Below are positions 49,660 through 59,412 of a stretch of 64,000 nucleotides of DNA, in pieces (the first letter of the stretch is position 1; each line of letters begins with the position of its first letter). A model generated the notes under the pieces. It was not told where the DNA came from and searched no databases. It was given only the letters and a program-made list of their open reading frames with translations. The DNA lies in assembly GCF_040216815.1 (NCBI RefSeq), contig NZ_JAVJOJ010000001.1, positions 129,229 through 193,228 on the forward strand. The letters are read 5' to 3'. The DNA is from Sphingopyxis sp. Its GTDB lineage: Bacteria > Pseudomonadota > Alphaproteobacteria > Sphingomonadales > Sphingomonadaceae. The translations under genes were made by a program, and so were the position numbers.

Positions 49660-50478
49660 TCAGGCCGCCTGCGCGAGCGGGATTTGCGTGCCCGCTGCCT
49701 CGGCCGCCTTATTGCCGAGCAGATCATAGGGGTCGATACCGTCGGCGCGCATCATCGTATGCACCCGTTTATAGGTCGCGGGCTCGGCGATTCCCAACCG
49801 CGCGCGCGCGGCGCCCAGCGGTTCGGCGAGCAGCGCCGCGATGTCCTGATGCGCGATCTGCTGCGCCGCGCGGCCGATACGCTGACCTTCGCGAACCGCG
49901 GCATAAATCGGATAGCGATTACCGAAGCCCTTGCGGATTTCGCGCGCGCCCGCCCAGGCGATGAACAGCGTCCCCCAGCTGGGCGTCTGGCTGTAGGAGA
50001 AAGCGAGCACGCATTGTTCGCCGAGCGCGTCGCGGCCATAGCCGGTGAGAATGTGGAACAGGTCGTGCGTATCGCGCAGCCGGTTGCCATAAAGTTCCAT
50101 CATATCGTCATAGCGCGGCTGGCCGCGCCGGAATTTGTCGAATTCGTCGACCAGCCCCTGCGCGGTCAGCCCCTCGCGCTCCATGAAATCGACATAGGTG
50201 CGCCCGACGCTGCCCTCGGGCAGCTTGCGCAAGCTTTCATGGTCGTCGAGCATCGCGGGCAGATAGGGGCGCTCGGCGAGTTGCTTCCGTCCTTCGGGCG
50301 TCGCGAAAAAGGCCTCCGCCGCCTTCCCGAAACGCTTGTCGCGCAGCGCCTCGATGATGTGGAACACCTGCTCGGTGTCCTCCTTGTCGGCGATCAGCTT
50401 GCGGAAATGACGCCAGGCCTTGAGCGGGCGAAAGCCGCCATCGGTGCGATCGGGATGGGAGAGCGGGAAGCTGGTCAT
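49660..50478 (-). CDS. Coq4 family protein
   Basis: LPEGSVGRTY motif and the HDLFH-x11-E metal motif. Confidence 0.85.
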   Translation of the reverse strand: MTSFPLSHPDRTDGGFRPLKAWRHFRKLIADKEDTEQVFHIIEALRDKRFGKAAEAFFATPEGRKQLAERPYLPAMLDDHESLRKLPEGSVGRTYVDFMEREGLTAQGLVDEFDKFRRGQPRYDDMMELYGNRLRDTHDLFHILTGYGRDALGEQCVLAFSYSQTPSWGTLFIAWAGAREIRKGFGNRYPIYAAVREGQRIGRAAQQIAHQDIAALLAEPLGAARARLGIAEPATYKRVHTMMRADGIDPYDLLGNKAAEAAGTQIPLAQAA

Positions 50479-50521
50479 AGGAACCTCTTTGGCGAATCCT
50501 TCTAGGGTTCAGATAGCATTA

Positions 50522-50537
50522 CTGACATAAATGTCAA
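50522..50537. promoter_or_regulatory. Palindromic operator TGACA-N4-TGTCA overlapping a -35 box
   Basis: CTGACA-TAAA-TGTCAA; on the minus strand TTGACA-N16-TATCTG forms a plausible promoter for the coq4-like gene. Confidence 0.65.
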
Positions 50538-50589
50538 TAGTTGATGATAGCTGTGGCGTGGGGGACGTTTCGCCGATAGACCGTTGCGA

Positions 50590-51264
50590 ATGAAACCGCA
50601 CGCAACGACGCGCTATACGGCGCTTCCGTCCATGACCGACGCCGCGCGGATTGCTGCGGCCGAGGCGTTTCGCGATCATATAGCCGCGCGGCGTACGTGC
50701 CGGATGTTCAGCGATTCGCCGGTGCCGCGTGGGGTGATCGAAGCCGCCATCGCCGCCGCCGGAACCGCGCCGAGCGGGGCCAATCACCAGCCCTGGCATT
50801 TCGCCGCGGTTTCCTCCCCCGACATCAAGCACCGCATCCGTCTTGCCGCCGAAGCCGAAGAACGCGAATTTTACGCAAGCCGCGCCGGGCAGGAATGGCT
50901 GGAGGCGCTCGCGCCGCTCGGCACCGACGAGGACAAAGCGTTTCTCGACATCGCTCCGTGGCTGATCGTCGTATTCGGGCAGCGCCGCGGCGGCATCGAG
51001 CCCGGCGACACGCGGCAGAATTATTATGTCACCGAAAGCGTCGGCATCGCCTGCGGCCTGCTGCTCACCGCGCTGCATGGCGCGGGGCTCGCGACGCTGA
51101 CCCATACGCCGTCACCGATGGGTTTCCTGCGCGAGATTTGCGGTCGCCCGGCCGATGAAAAGCCGGTGATGCTGATCGTCGCGGGACACCCCGCTCCCGA
51201 TGCGACCGTGCCGCTATATGCGATGCGCAAAAAGCCGCTGGAACAAATCAGCAGCTGGCTTTGA
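50590..51264 (+). CDS. Nitroreductase superfamily, iodotyrosine deiodinase-like
   Basis: RRTCR, TAPSGANHQPW, E-x3-Y, GT...K and LTHTP motifs. Confidence 0.85.
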   Translation: MKPHATTRYTALPSMTDAARIAAAEAFRDHIAARRTCRMFSDSPVPRGVIEAAIAAAGTAPSGANHQPWHFAAVSSPDIKHRIRLAAEAEEREFYASRAGQEWLEALAPLGTDEDKAFLDIAPWLIVVFGQRRGGIEPGDTRQNYYVTESVGIACGLLLTALHGAGLATLTHTPSPMGFLREICGRPADEKPVMLIVAGHPAPDATVPLYAMRKKPLEQISSWL

Positions 51265-51283
51265 CATCGAGGGGGGTGAAGCG

Positions 51284-52534
51284 ATGACAACAGCCGTACC
51301 GGCGCGCTATGAAGGCCTCGATGCGCTCCGCGGGATCGCGGTGATGGGCATATTGGCGATGAATATCCTCGCCTTCGGACTGCCTTTCCAAGCCTATGCC
51401 AACCCCGCCGCCGCCGCGCCGCCGGGCAGCGCCGATCTGGTGGGCTGGTTCATCAGCTTTGTCTTCATCGATGCCAAGATGCGCGGGGTATTTTCGATCC
51501 TCTTCGGCGCAAGCACGCTGCTCGTGATCGAGAGCGCGGCTGCGGCCGGCCGCAGCGCGGCTGGCGCGCATTATTCGCGCATGGTCTGGCTGGCGGTCTT
51601 CGGCCTCGCCCATTTCTATCTGATCTGGTTCGGCGACATCCTGTTCCTCTACGCGATATGCGGACTGCTGCTCTTCTTCTTCCGCAATCTTTCGGTGAAG
51701 GCGCTGATCCTCTGGGCCATTGCCTTCCTCGCCGTCGGCTTTCTGCTTTTCACATCGGGCTGGGCGACGATGGCGCTCGCCGAGGCGGGCCGGCTGCCGC
51801 CCGAAACGACCGCGGCGATGCGCGAAGGCATCGACCAGATGAACCGCGATATGGGCGCGGCATCCCCCGCCTATGCCGAGGAGGTTGCACATTATCTTGG
51901 CAGCTATGCCTCGATCGTCGCCGACCGCACGGGCGAGATGCTGGCATTTCCGTTCGTTTCGATCGGGCTCTTTATCTGGGAAACGATGGGGCTGATGCTG
52001 ATCGGCATGGCGCTGTTCAAGACACATATGCTCACCGGCGCGTGGGAAAGCGCACGGTATCGTCGCTGGGCGGTCATCTGCTTCGCGATTGCCGTCCCGC
52101 CGCTCCTTCTCCTCGCCGCCTATCAATATAGCGCGGGCTTCAGCGGCGTCGCGGTGTTCGGGTCGGTGATCGCGCTGTCGGTGCCGTTCGACGTCGTCAT
52201 GGCGATCGGCTGGGCGGCGCTGATGATGTGGCTGATCCGCACCCGGTTTTCGCCCGCGATCCGCGCGCGTCTCGCCGCGACGGGACGCATGGCCTTCACC
52301 AACTATCTGATGACCTCCATCGTGATGACGACGATCTTTTACGGCTATGGTCTTGCCCTGTTCGGCAGCGTGCCGCGGGTCGCGCTTTATCTGTTTTGCA
52401 TCGGCATGTGGGCGGCGATGCTGCTTTGGTCAAAGCCGTGGCTCGAACGCTTCCAATATGGCCCGTTCGAATGGCTGTGGCGCAGCCTGTCGCGCTGGCA
52501 GATCCAGTCGATGAAAAGGGAGGGTCCGGGCTGA
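51284..52534 (+). CDS. DUF418 (YeiB-like) membrane protein
   Basis: LDALRGIAVMGIL, FSILFG, GDIL..YA, GRMAFTNY and GPFEWLWR motifs. Confidence 0.88.
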   Translation: MTTAVPARYEGLDALRGIAVMGILAMNILAFGLPFQAYANPAAAAPPGSADLVGWFISFVFIDAKMRGVFSILFGASTLLVIESAAAAGRSAAGAHYSRMVWLAVFGLAHFYLIWFGDILFLYAICGLLLFFFRNLSVKALILWAIAFLAVGFLLFTSGWATMALAEAGRLPPETTAAMREGIDQMNRDMGAASPAYAEEVAHYLGSYASIVADRTGEMLAFPFVSIGLFIWETMGLMLIGMALFKTHMLTGAWESARYRRWAVICFAIAVPPLLLLAAYQYSAGFSGVAVFGSVIALSVPFDVVMAIGWAALMMWLIRTRFSPAIRARLAATGRMAFTNYLMTSIVMTTIFYGYGLALFGSVPRVALYLFCIGMWAAMLLWSKPWLERFQYGPFEWLWRSLSRWQIQSMKREGPG

Positions 52535-52547
52535 AACGCCCGGCCGG

Positions 52548-52952
52548 TCAATAACCGACGGCGCGGCCGAACCGCACGGGCCGCCTTTGAACAAGCGGAT
52601 TGGCCTCGCGTTCGAGCGCAGCGAGCGTTTCTTCGAACAGTGGGCGGAGCGCAACGACGCGCGGCAGATATTCCTCGGGACTCGTCTGGCTTTCGACGCA
52701 GTGGCGCGCGAACATCTCGATGTCCTCGGCAAGTGCGCCCAGCCGTTCGCCGCCGAATTGGCGCGCCTCGCTTTTCAGCGTGTGCGCGGGCATCACGAGT
52801 CCGCGCGGATCGCGCGCGCGCATCGCCTCCTCGATCGCGGCGACCGACTTGATGCCGTCTTCGCGAAAATAGCCGAGAATGCGCACAAAAGCGGCGCCCA
52901 ATTGGGTCCGCGTCGCGCGAAACTCATCCCAATCGACCAGGATCTCTTCCAA
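52548..52952 (-). CDS. Stand-alone Hpt domain protein
   Basis: AHTLKSEARQFG phosphoacceptor His; TTG start. Confidence 0.85.
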   Translation of the reverse strand: MEEILVDWDEFRATRTQLGAAFVRILGYFREDGIKSVAAIEEAMRARDPRGLVMPAHTLKSEARQFGGERLGALAEDIEMFARHCVESQTSPEEYLPRVVALRPLFEETLAALEREANPLVQRRPVRFGRAVGY

Positions 52953-53068
52953 TGCTTTAGTCCCTTGGTGTTCAAATCGGTCGTGGTCCCGCCCGTTCCA
53001 TGCCGTAAAGTCGGTAAAAAAGACGTTACGAAAACGGCTTGGGCCGGGCCAAGCCGTCCCGTTTCGGG

Positions 53069-53293
53069 TCAGTGCCGGACGCGCCAGCGTCCTTCGCGCG
53101 CGTCCTTCCCCTCGTCCGTCACCGTCCAGCCATGCTCGGCCGCGAGCGCGGCGACCTCGCTGGCGGCGTTGGGATCGTCGGCGATCAACAGGACCTCGGC
53201 CGCATCGCGCATCGCGCGCGCGAGCCTGAGCGCCGGCCAGGGACAGCGCATCCCGCGCGCATCGACCAGCCGCGCCGCAGCCTCATTCGTCAT
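53069..53293 (-). CDS. TusA/SirA family sulfur carrier
   Basis: VDARGMRCPWP (CPxP) and ADDP motifs. Confidence 0.85.
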   Translation of the reverse strand: MTNEAAARLVDARGMRCPWPALRLARAMRDAAEVLLIADDPNAASEVAALAAEHGWTVTDEGKDAREGRWRVRH

Positions 53294-54671
53294 AGGGGTT
53301 GCGCGAATTGCGGAAATTGAGCCGCACGGGAACCCCCTGAAACCCCAGTTCCTTGCGCATTCCGTTGACCAGATAACGCTCATAGCTTCCCGGCAGTGCG
53401 TCGGTGCGCGAACCAAAGACCACAAAGGTCGGCGGCCGGGTGCGCGCTTGCGTGATATAGCGCAGCTTGATCCGCTTCCCCCCCGGCGCGGGTGGCGGGT
53501 TCGACGTCACCGCGCCTTCGAACCAGCGGTTGAGCCTGGCGGTCGAGACGCGGTTCGTCCAGATCGCGCGCTGCTCGAAGGCGACGCGCACCAGCGTGTC
53601 GATCCCCTTGCCCGTCGCCCCCGAAATGCTGAGCACCGGCACGCCCTTGACCTGGCTGAGCCCGTCGTCGAGCGCGGCGCGGACGCCGTTGAACAGCGAC
53701 GAGGGATCTTCGGCAATATCCCATTTGTTGAGCGCGACGATCAGCGCGCGGCCTTCCTGCAGCACCCGGTCGGCGATGCGCAGATCCTGCGCCTCCAGCC
53801 CCTTGGTCGCGTCGAGCAGCAGCACGACGACCTCGGCGAAATCGACGGCGTGCAAGGCGTCGGCGACCGATAGCTTCTCCAGCTTGTCCTGCACCTTGGC
53901 GCGCTTGCGCATCCCCGCGGTGTCGAACAGCTGGATCTCGTGGACCTCGCCGTCCTTTTCCCATTGCCAGTCGACGCGGATCGAATCGCGCGTGATCCCC
54001 GCCTCGGGGCCCGTGATCAGCCGATCCTCGCCGATCATGCGGTTGATCAGCGTCGACTTGCCGGCATTCGGACGGCCGACGATCGCAAGTTTCATCGGGC
54101 CGAGCGGCGCCTCATCCTCTTCATCGCCCTCGGCGGGCGGCGGCGGAACTTCGGCTTCCGCGGCGTCGAACCCCTCGACGATCGGGCGCAGCGCGTCGAA
54201 CAGGTCGACGACGCCTTCGCCATGTTCGGCGCTGAGGGCGATCGGATTGTCGAACCCCAGCGAATAGGATTCCATCAGTCCGTTTTCGCCCTGCTTCCCC
54301 TCGGCCTTGTTGACGAGAAGGATGATCGGCGTGTCCTCGCTGCGCAGCCAGCGCGCGATTTCCTCGTCGAGCGGAGTGACCCCCGCCCGGCCGTCGATCA
54401 TGAACAGCGCGGCGTCGGCCTCGCGCACCGCCTTTTCGGTCTGCACGCGCATCCGGCCGGGCAGGGTCGCCGCGTCATGATCCTCGAACCCCGCCGTGTC
54501 GACGATGCGAAATTCAAGGCCGAGAAGCTTTCCGTCGCCTTCGCGCCGGTCGCGCGTAACACCCGGCTGGTCGTCGACGAGCGCGAGGCGCTTGCCCACC
54601 AGCCGGTTGAACAGCGTCGATTTGCCCACATTGGGGCGCCCGACAATGGCGATCGTCGCGTGTCGCGACAT
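53283..54671 (-). CDS. der: Ribosome biogenesis GTPase Der
   Basis: Two GRPNxGKS/DTAG/NK GTPase domains plus a KH-like C-terminus. Confidence 0.96.
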   Translation of the reverse strand: MSRHATIAIVGRPNVGKSTLFNRLVGKRLALVDDQPGVTRDRREGDGKLLGLEFRIVDTAGFEDHDAATLPGRMRVQTEKAVREADAALFMIDGRAGVTPLDEEIARWLRSEDTPIILLVNKAEGKQGENGLMESYSLGFDNPIALSAEHGEGVVDLFDALRPIVEGFDAAEAEVPPPPAEGDEEDEAPLGPMKLAIVGRPNAGKSTLINRMIGEDRLITGPEAGITRDSIRVDWQWEKDGEVHEIQLFDTAGMRKRAKVQDKLEKLSVADALHAVDFAEVVVLLLDATKGLEAQDLRIADRVLQEGRALIVALNKWDIAEDPSSLFNGVRAALDDGLSQVKGVPVLSISGATGKGIDTLVRVAFEQRAIWTNRVSTARLNRWFEGAVTSNPPPAPGGKRIKLRYITQARTRPPTFVVFGSRTDALPGSYERYLVNGMRKELGFQGVPVRLNFRNSRNPYDE

Positions 54672-54684
54672 CCGTTTTCTCCGC

Positions 54685-54707
54685 AAACAGGGGCATAGTC
54701 CCTATTT
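54685..54707. repeat. Degenerate copy of the AAATAGGGACAGTCCCTATTT palindrome
   Basis: AAACAGGGGCATAGTCCCTATTT. Confidence 0.5.
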
Positions 54708-54714
54708 ATTCGTC

Positions 54715-56049
54715 TTAGCGCCAGGCGGTGATCGTCCCATCGTCCGCGAGGATATAGAGGATGTTGTTCGCGACGATCGGCGGCTGCGACAGCGACGTCT
54801 TGAACTCGGTCGATGCCAGCAGCGACCCGTCGGTCGGCGAAAATTCGGCCAGCGTCCCTTCGCTGTTCACCGCGAGCAACCGTCCGCCGGCCAGAATCGG
54901 GCCCGTCCAGCGGATCGGGTCCTTCTTTTTCTTCTCGGTCTCGACGCGGAAACGCGCGAGCTGCTGAATCCAGCGAACCTTGCCGCTCGACCGCGCGACG
55001 CACAGCAATTTGCCGTCGTCGGTCATCGCATACACCCACTCGCCGACGACATAGGGGGTCGAAATACCGGCGATCGAGATTTCCCAGCTCCGCTGCCCGG
55101 TGACGAGTTCATAGCTCGCCATGCGCCCGCCCTGGCCCAGCGCAAAAACGCGGCCGCGGTCGATCACCGGATCGGCATCCACGTCGGTCAGCGTCGACAC
55201 CGACAACGCCATCGAGGTCCGCGCAAGCGCATCTTCCCAAAGGTCGCGGCCATTTTCGTAACGATAGGCCTGAACCTCGCCCGACGAAAAGCCGGCGACG
55301 ATCGTGCCCTGTCCCGCCGCGGGCGATGCCGCGCCGAACACGCTGCCCGCCTCCAGCGAGGCCGTCGCCTGCCACTGCACCGCGCCGTCGGCGGCGTTGA
55401 GCGCGAAAATCTGGTTGTCCTGACTGATCACATAGACGCCGCCGAACGCCACCGTCGGCGCGCCGCGCAGCGGCCCCGCGGGCCGCACCTTCCACAGCAC
55501 CGAGCCGTCGGCGGCATTGATCGCAGCGACATCGCCGACGCCGCTGGTCGCATAGACGACGTTGCCATCGACGCTCGCGCCGCCGCCGAACAGCGAATCC
55601 CTGAAGTCCTTGCCCGTGCTGCCGATCGCGGCGCTCCACAGCTTCGCGCCGGTGTCGGCGGCGAAAGCGGAGACGACAGCGTCGGTATCGACGACGAACA
55701 GCCGGTTGTCGGCAACCACAGGCGACGAGGCAAGGCGCTGTTTGTTAGTGCTGCCCGCGATCCTCGCTTCCCAGAGCCTGGCCCGCGTCGCTCCGAGCGC
55801 CGGATGCCCCATCGATTTCGACGCATTGCCGCCTGATTGCGCCCAGGCGGCGTTCACCACCGGATCGGGCAGCACGACCGCGATCGCCGCGGTCGCGGGA
55901 TCGACCTGGATGCTGTTGTCGTTCGACAGGATCGAGACGCGATTGCCCACCGTCGGTGTCTTGGGTCCGCCGTCGCCCTTGAGCACACCGCAACCCGCCA
56001 GCGGCAACGCCAGCAGCGCTGCATAAAGTCCGAAACGCGCGTTCCGCAT
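54715..56049 (-). CDS. bamB: PQQ-repeat beta-propeller lipoprotein (BamB-like)
   Basis: Lipobox LAGC, repeated G..LW motifs, yfgM-bamB-der synteny. Confidence 0.85.
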   Translation of the reverse strand: MRNARFGLYAALLALPLAGCGVLKGDGGPKTPTVGNRVSILSNDNSIQVDPATAAIAVVLPDPVVNAAWAQSGGNASKSMGHPALGATRARLWEARIAGSTNKQRLASSPVVADNRLFVVDTDAVVSAFAADTGAKLWSAAIGSTGKDFRDSLFGGGASVDGNVVYATSGVGDVAAINAADGSVLWKVRPAGPLRGAPTVAFGGVYVISQDNQIFALNAADGAVQWQATASLEAGSVFGAASPAAGQGTIVAGFSSGEVQAYRYENGRDLWEDALARTSMALSVSTLTDVDADPVIDRGRVFALGQGGRMASYELVTGQRSWEISIAGISTPYVVGEWVYAMTDDGKLLCVARSSGKVRWIQQLARFRVETEKKKKDPIRWTGPILAGGRLLAVNSEGTLAEFSPTDGSLLASTEFKTSLSQPPIVANNILYILADDGTITAWR

Positions 56050-56050
56050 A

Positions 56051-56812
56051 TTAATTGGCTTCCTCAGTCTTTTGGGCGGCAGGCGCCGCCCCTTTCTGCT
56101 CGGCCGCCACGCTTTCGGCGGCGCGGTCGGCGACGGCATCGACGCCCAGCATCCCCGCCATCTGCACCGTTCGCGACTGCAATGATTGGGGGAGGTCGGG
56201 CAATTTGGCGATCCGTCCATAAAGCGCGCCCGCCCGGTCGAGCTGGCCAAGCCGGTAATGCGCCCCCGCCGACAATTCCGCGGCGCTGGCGAACCAGCTC
56301 GACGCGGGATCCTTCGCATCAACAAAGGGCTTCATCCGCGCGATCACCGCTTCGGGCTTCAGCGTGTCATATTCGAACGCCGTCTGACGGATCAGCGCAA
56401 GATCGCGCAGCGACTGATCGACCTCTGCATCGGCCACAATCTTTGCCATCAGCGCCGCCGCGGCTTTGAGATCGCCTGCCCCGGCCTTGATATTCGCTTG
56501 CTGCATCAGCGCCGCCGCGCGATAGGCCGGGCTGCCTTCGGCCGCGATCGCCTGCAATTCGCTCGCCGCGGCACGCGGCTGGTTGGCGCCGAGCTTGTCG
56601 AGCGCCGCGATCAGCTTTTCGCCCTCTTCGCCGCGCGCGGTATCCTGGTGATGGTCCCAGTAGAGATAGCCGCCAAAGGCGAGCAACAGCCCCAGCACGC
56701 CGCCGATGATCCAGCGGCCATAGCGCTGCATGACCGTGTCGAGCCGGTCCTTGCGGACGGCCTCGTCGACCTCCTGCAACAGCGCGGCGTCATTCGTCGG
56801 GCTCAGGGCCAA
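56051..56812 (-). CDS. YfgM-like TPR ancillary SecYEG/chaperone subunit
   Basis: EVDEAVRKD, one TM segment, TPR-like helices; synteny. Confidence 0.8.
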   Translation of the reverse strand: MALSPTNDAALLQEVDEAVRKDRLDTVMQRYGRWIIGGVLGLLLAFGGYLYWDHHQDTARGEEGEKLIAALDKLGANQPRAAASELQAIAAEGSPAYRAAALMQQANIKAGAGDLKAAAALMAKIVADAEVDQSLRDLALIRQTAFEYDTLKPEAVIARMKPFVDAKDPASSWFASAAELSAGAHYRLGQLDRAGALYGRIAKLPDLPQSLQSRTVQMAGMLGVDAVADRAAESVAAEQKGAAPAAQKTEEAN

Positions 56813-56914
56813 TCAAACCTCCGTAAACTCAATAGCGGCGCGAGGCCGGCCCGCTTCCTTAACGATGGCACGGGGAAAGGCCAAGCGTTTCACTTGCCGG
56901 ACACGCGGGGGCAA

Positions 56915-57778
56915 TCAACCGGCGTAAATCTGATCCTCGGTCGGGAATGAACGGGACCTGACTTCGCCCGCATAATCCTGCACCGCGCCGCTGACCACGC
57001 TTGCCATGTCCTGATAACGCTTCACGAATTTGGGGACGCGTTCGAACATCCCCAGCATATCGTCGGTGACAAGCACCTGGCCGTCGCACTGCGCCGACGC
57101 GCCGATACCGATCGTCGGGCAGGCGACCTTGTTCGTGATCTCGATCGCAATCGATTCGAGCACGCCCTCGATGACGATCGAAAAGGCGCCGGCCTGCGCG
57201 ACGGCGACCGCATCTTCGACGATCGAGCGCGCCTCCTCCTCGCTCTTGCCGCGGACGCCATAGCCGCCAAGGATGTTCACCGCCTGCGGCGTCAGGCCGA
57301 CATGGCCCATCACCGGAATGCCGCGCTGGGTCAGAAACTCGATCGTCGGCGCAAGCACCTTGCCGCCCTCGACCTTCACCGCGGCGGCGCCGGTTTCCTT
57401 GAGCAGCCGCGCGGCATTGTCGAATGCCTGTTCGGGACTGCCCTCATAGCTGCCAAAGGGCATGTCGACGATCACCGCGGCATGATAGCTGCCGCGCACC
57501 ACCGCCGCGCCGTGGAGCGCCATCATGTCCATCGTCACGCCGACCGTGTGCGGCAGACCGTAAATCACCTGCGCCAGCGAATCGCCGACGAGCAGCATGT
57601 CGCAATGCGGGTCGAGCAGCTGCGCCATGCGCACCGTATAGGCGGTCAGCATCACCAGCGGTTCGCCGCCCTTGCGCTGGCGGATGCGCGGCACGGTCAG
57701 CCGCTTCATCGGCTGCGGCGTCGGGTTCGCGCGGCTCGTGGAGGTGTCGAGGGTGAGCGTTTTGGGGAGCGTAGACAT
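56915..57778 (-). CDS. panB: 3-methyl-2-oxobutanoate hydroxymethyltransferase
   Basis: [27 protein letters not shown] and DGQVLV motifs. Confidence 0.95.
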   Translation of the reverse strand: MSTLPKTLTLDTSTSRANPTPQPMKRLTVPRIRQRKGGEPLVMLTAYTVRMAQLLDPHCDMLLVGDSLAQVIYGLPHTVGVTMDMMALHGAAVVRGSYHAAVIVDMPFGSYEGSPEQAFDNAARLLKETGAAAVKVEGGKVLAPTIEFLTQRGIPVMGHVGLTPQAVNILGGYGVRGKSEEEARSIVEDAVAVAQAGAFSIVIEGVLESIAIEITNKVACPTIGIGASAQCDGQVLVTDDMLGMFERVPKFVKRYQDMASVVSGAVQDYAGEVRSRSFPTEDQIYAG

Positions 57779-57943
57779 GGCGCCGGGGTTTAGCCGCTAA
57801 AATGGCCCGGCGAAAGCGCGAAAGCCCGTTTTTGCTGCACGCAGCCGGGAGCGCGGTCACGCGAAGCCGCCCATTCAACGCGCCGAACCCGCCCGTCGCG
57901 TCCGACCGGGCCTCAAAGCATGATCGCACACGGCGCGACCCGG

Positions 57944-59011
57944 TCAGCGCCCCGTCCGGGCCGCCACCGCCTCGCGCACATTGTCGCTGAACAGGCCGTC
58001 GATGCCGGTCGCCAGATAGGCGCCGATCTCCGCCGCCAGATCGCCATGTCCCGCGGGATTGACCCCGCCGCGATCGCCCAGCGGCAGGAAATAATTTTCG
58101 CGGCGGAACGTCCACGGATGAACCTTCAGCCCCGCTTCATGCGCATCGCGCACGAGGCTGGTCGGCGTGACGAGGCGGCCGAGGGTGCCGCGCGGGATCA
58201 CCATCGCCTTGTTGGGCCCTATGCCGTCGGCGTAAGCAGCGATCATCTTCAGCCCCGATGGCGACGCCATGGCGGCATAGCCGGTGCCGGGCCGGTCGGC
58301 CGGACCGCCCTCGACGTCCATCAACTGGATCAGCGGCAGGTCGCTCCTGGCGCGCAGGTCGATCAGATTGCCGACCTCGAAGCTCTGGATGAACACCGGC
58401 GCGCTGCGGCCGCGATAGCCGAAGCGGTCCAGCATCGCGAGCAAAGGCGATTCGTGCGGCAGGCCGATCGACGCGAAATAACTCGGATGCTTGGTTTCGG
58501 GATAGACGCCGACCGGCTTTGCCCGCCCCCGGTTCGCCTCGGCAAGCAGCGTCAAAATCTCCTCGAAGGTCGGAATCTCGAACCGGCCGTCATAATCGGT
58601 GCCGCGCAGCCGCGGCAGCCGTTCGCGCGCGCGCAGCGTTTTCAGTTCGGCGAGCGTGAAATCCTCGGTGAACCAGCCTTCGACCTTTTTTCCATCGATC
58701 GTCTTCACCGCCTTGCGATCCGCAAACTCGCGGTGTTCCGCGACGTCGGTGGTCTCCGAAATCTCATTCTCGTGCCGCGCGACAAGGACGCCGTCCTTGG
58801 TCAGCACCAGGTCGGGCTCGATAAAATCGGCGCCCTGCTCGATCGCGAGCCGGTACGCGGCGATAGTATGTTCGGGGCGCTCGCCCGACGCGCCGCGGTG
58901 CGCGATGACGATAGGCGGCCGCCCGTCAAGCGTTGGCTGCGCCGTCACCGGATCAGCCGAACAGCCCGCGGGCAGCATGAAGGCGCCCAGCGCCGCGAGC
59001 CAGCGCTTCAT
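57944..59011 (-). CDS. glpQ: Glycerophosphodiester phosphodiesterase, exported
   Basis: IAHRGASG..PEHT, IEPDL, ETK and QSF motifs; lipobox-like AGC. Confidence 0.9.
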   Translation of the reverse strand: MKRWLAALGAFMLPAGCSADPVTAQPTLDGRPPIVIAHRGASGERPEHTIAAYRLAIEQGADFIEPDLVLTKDGVLVARHENEISETTDVAEHREFADRKAVKTIDGKKVEGWFTEDFTLAELKTLRARERLPRLRGTDYDGRFEIPTFEEILTLLAEANRGRAKPVGVYPETKHPSYFASIGLPHESPLLAMLDRFGYRGRSAPVFIQSFEVGNLIDLRARSDLPLIQLMDVEGGPADRPGTGYAAMASPSGLKMIAAYADGIGPNKAMVIPRGTLGRLVTPTSLVRDAHEAGLKVHPWTFRRENYFLPLGDRGGVNPAGHGDLAAEIGAYLATGIDGLFSDNVREAVAARTGR

Positions 59012-59358
59012 CGCGCAAAGCGCGCGCGCCATTCGTCGGCGGAAAAGCCGACGCTGACCCTGTCGTCCTGCTCGACGACCGGGCGGCGGATCATGGCCGG
59101 CTGATCGAGCATCAGCGCCTTGGCCGAGGCGGCGTCGAGACCGGCCTTCGCGTCGTCGGGCAGCTTGCGAAAGGTGGTGCCCGCCTTGTTGAGCAATTTT
59201 TCCCAGCCGAGCACGTCGATCCAGCGCTGCAAAAGGCCGGGGTCGAGCCCGTCTTTCCGGAAATCATGGAAGCGATAGGCAATATCCTGGTCGTCGAGCC
59301 AGCGGCGCGCCTTTTTCACGGTATCGCAATTGGGGATGCCATAGAGAATCATCGTCAT
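59008..59358 (-). CDS. ArsC/YffB family reductase
   Basis: YGIPNCDTVKKA and IRRP motifs. Confidence 0.88.
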   Translation of the reverse strand: MTMILYGIPNCDTVKKARRWLDDQDIAYRFHDFRKDGLDPGLLQRWIDVLGWEKLLNKAGTTFRKLPDDAKAGLDAASAKALMLDQPAMIRRPVVEQDDRVSVGFSADEWRARFAR

Positions 59359-59412
59359 GGACGAACGATTAGCAGCCGCGCGTTGCAGATTCGAGGCTCA
59401 AGCGCCCGGAAT

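Noticed and set aside
57802-57990. 62-aa ORF between panB and glpQ
   Set aside because: No RBS, overlaps glpQ antisense, and the composition is not protein-like
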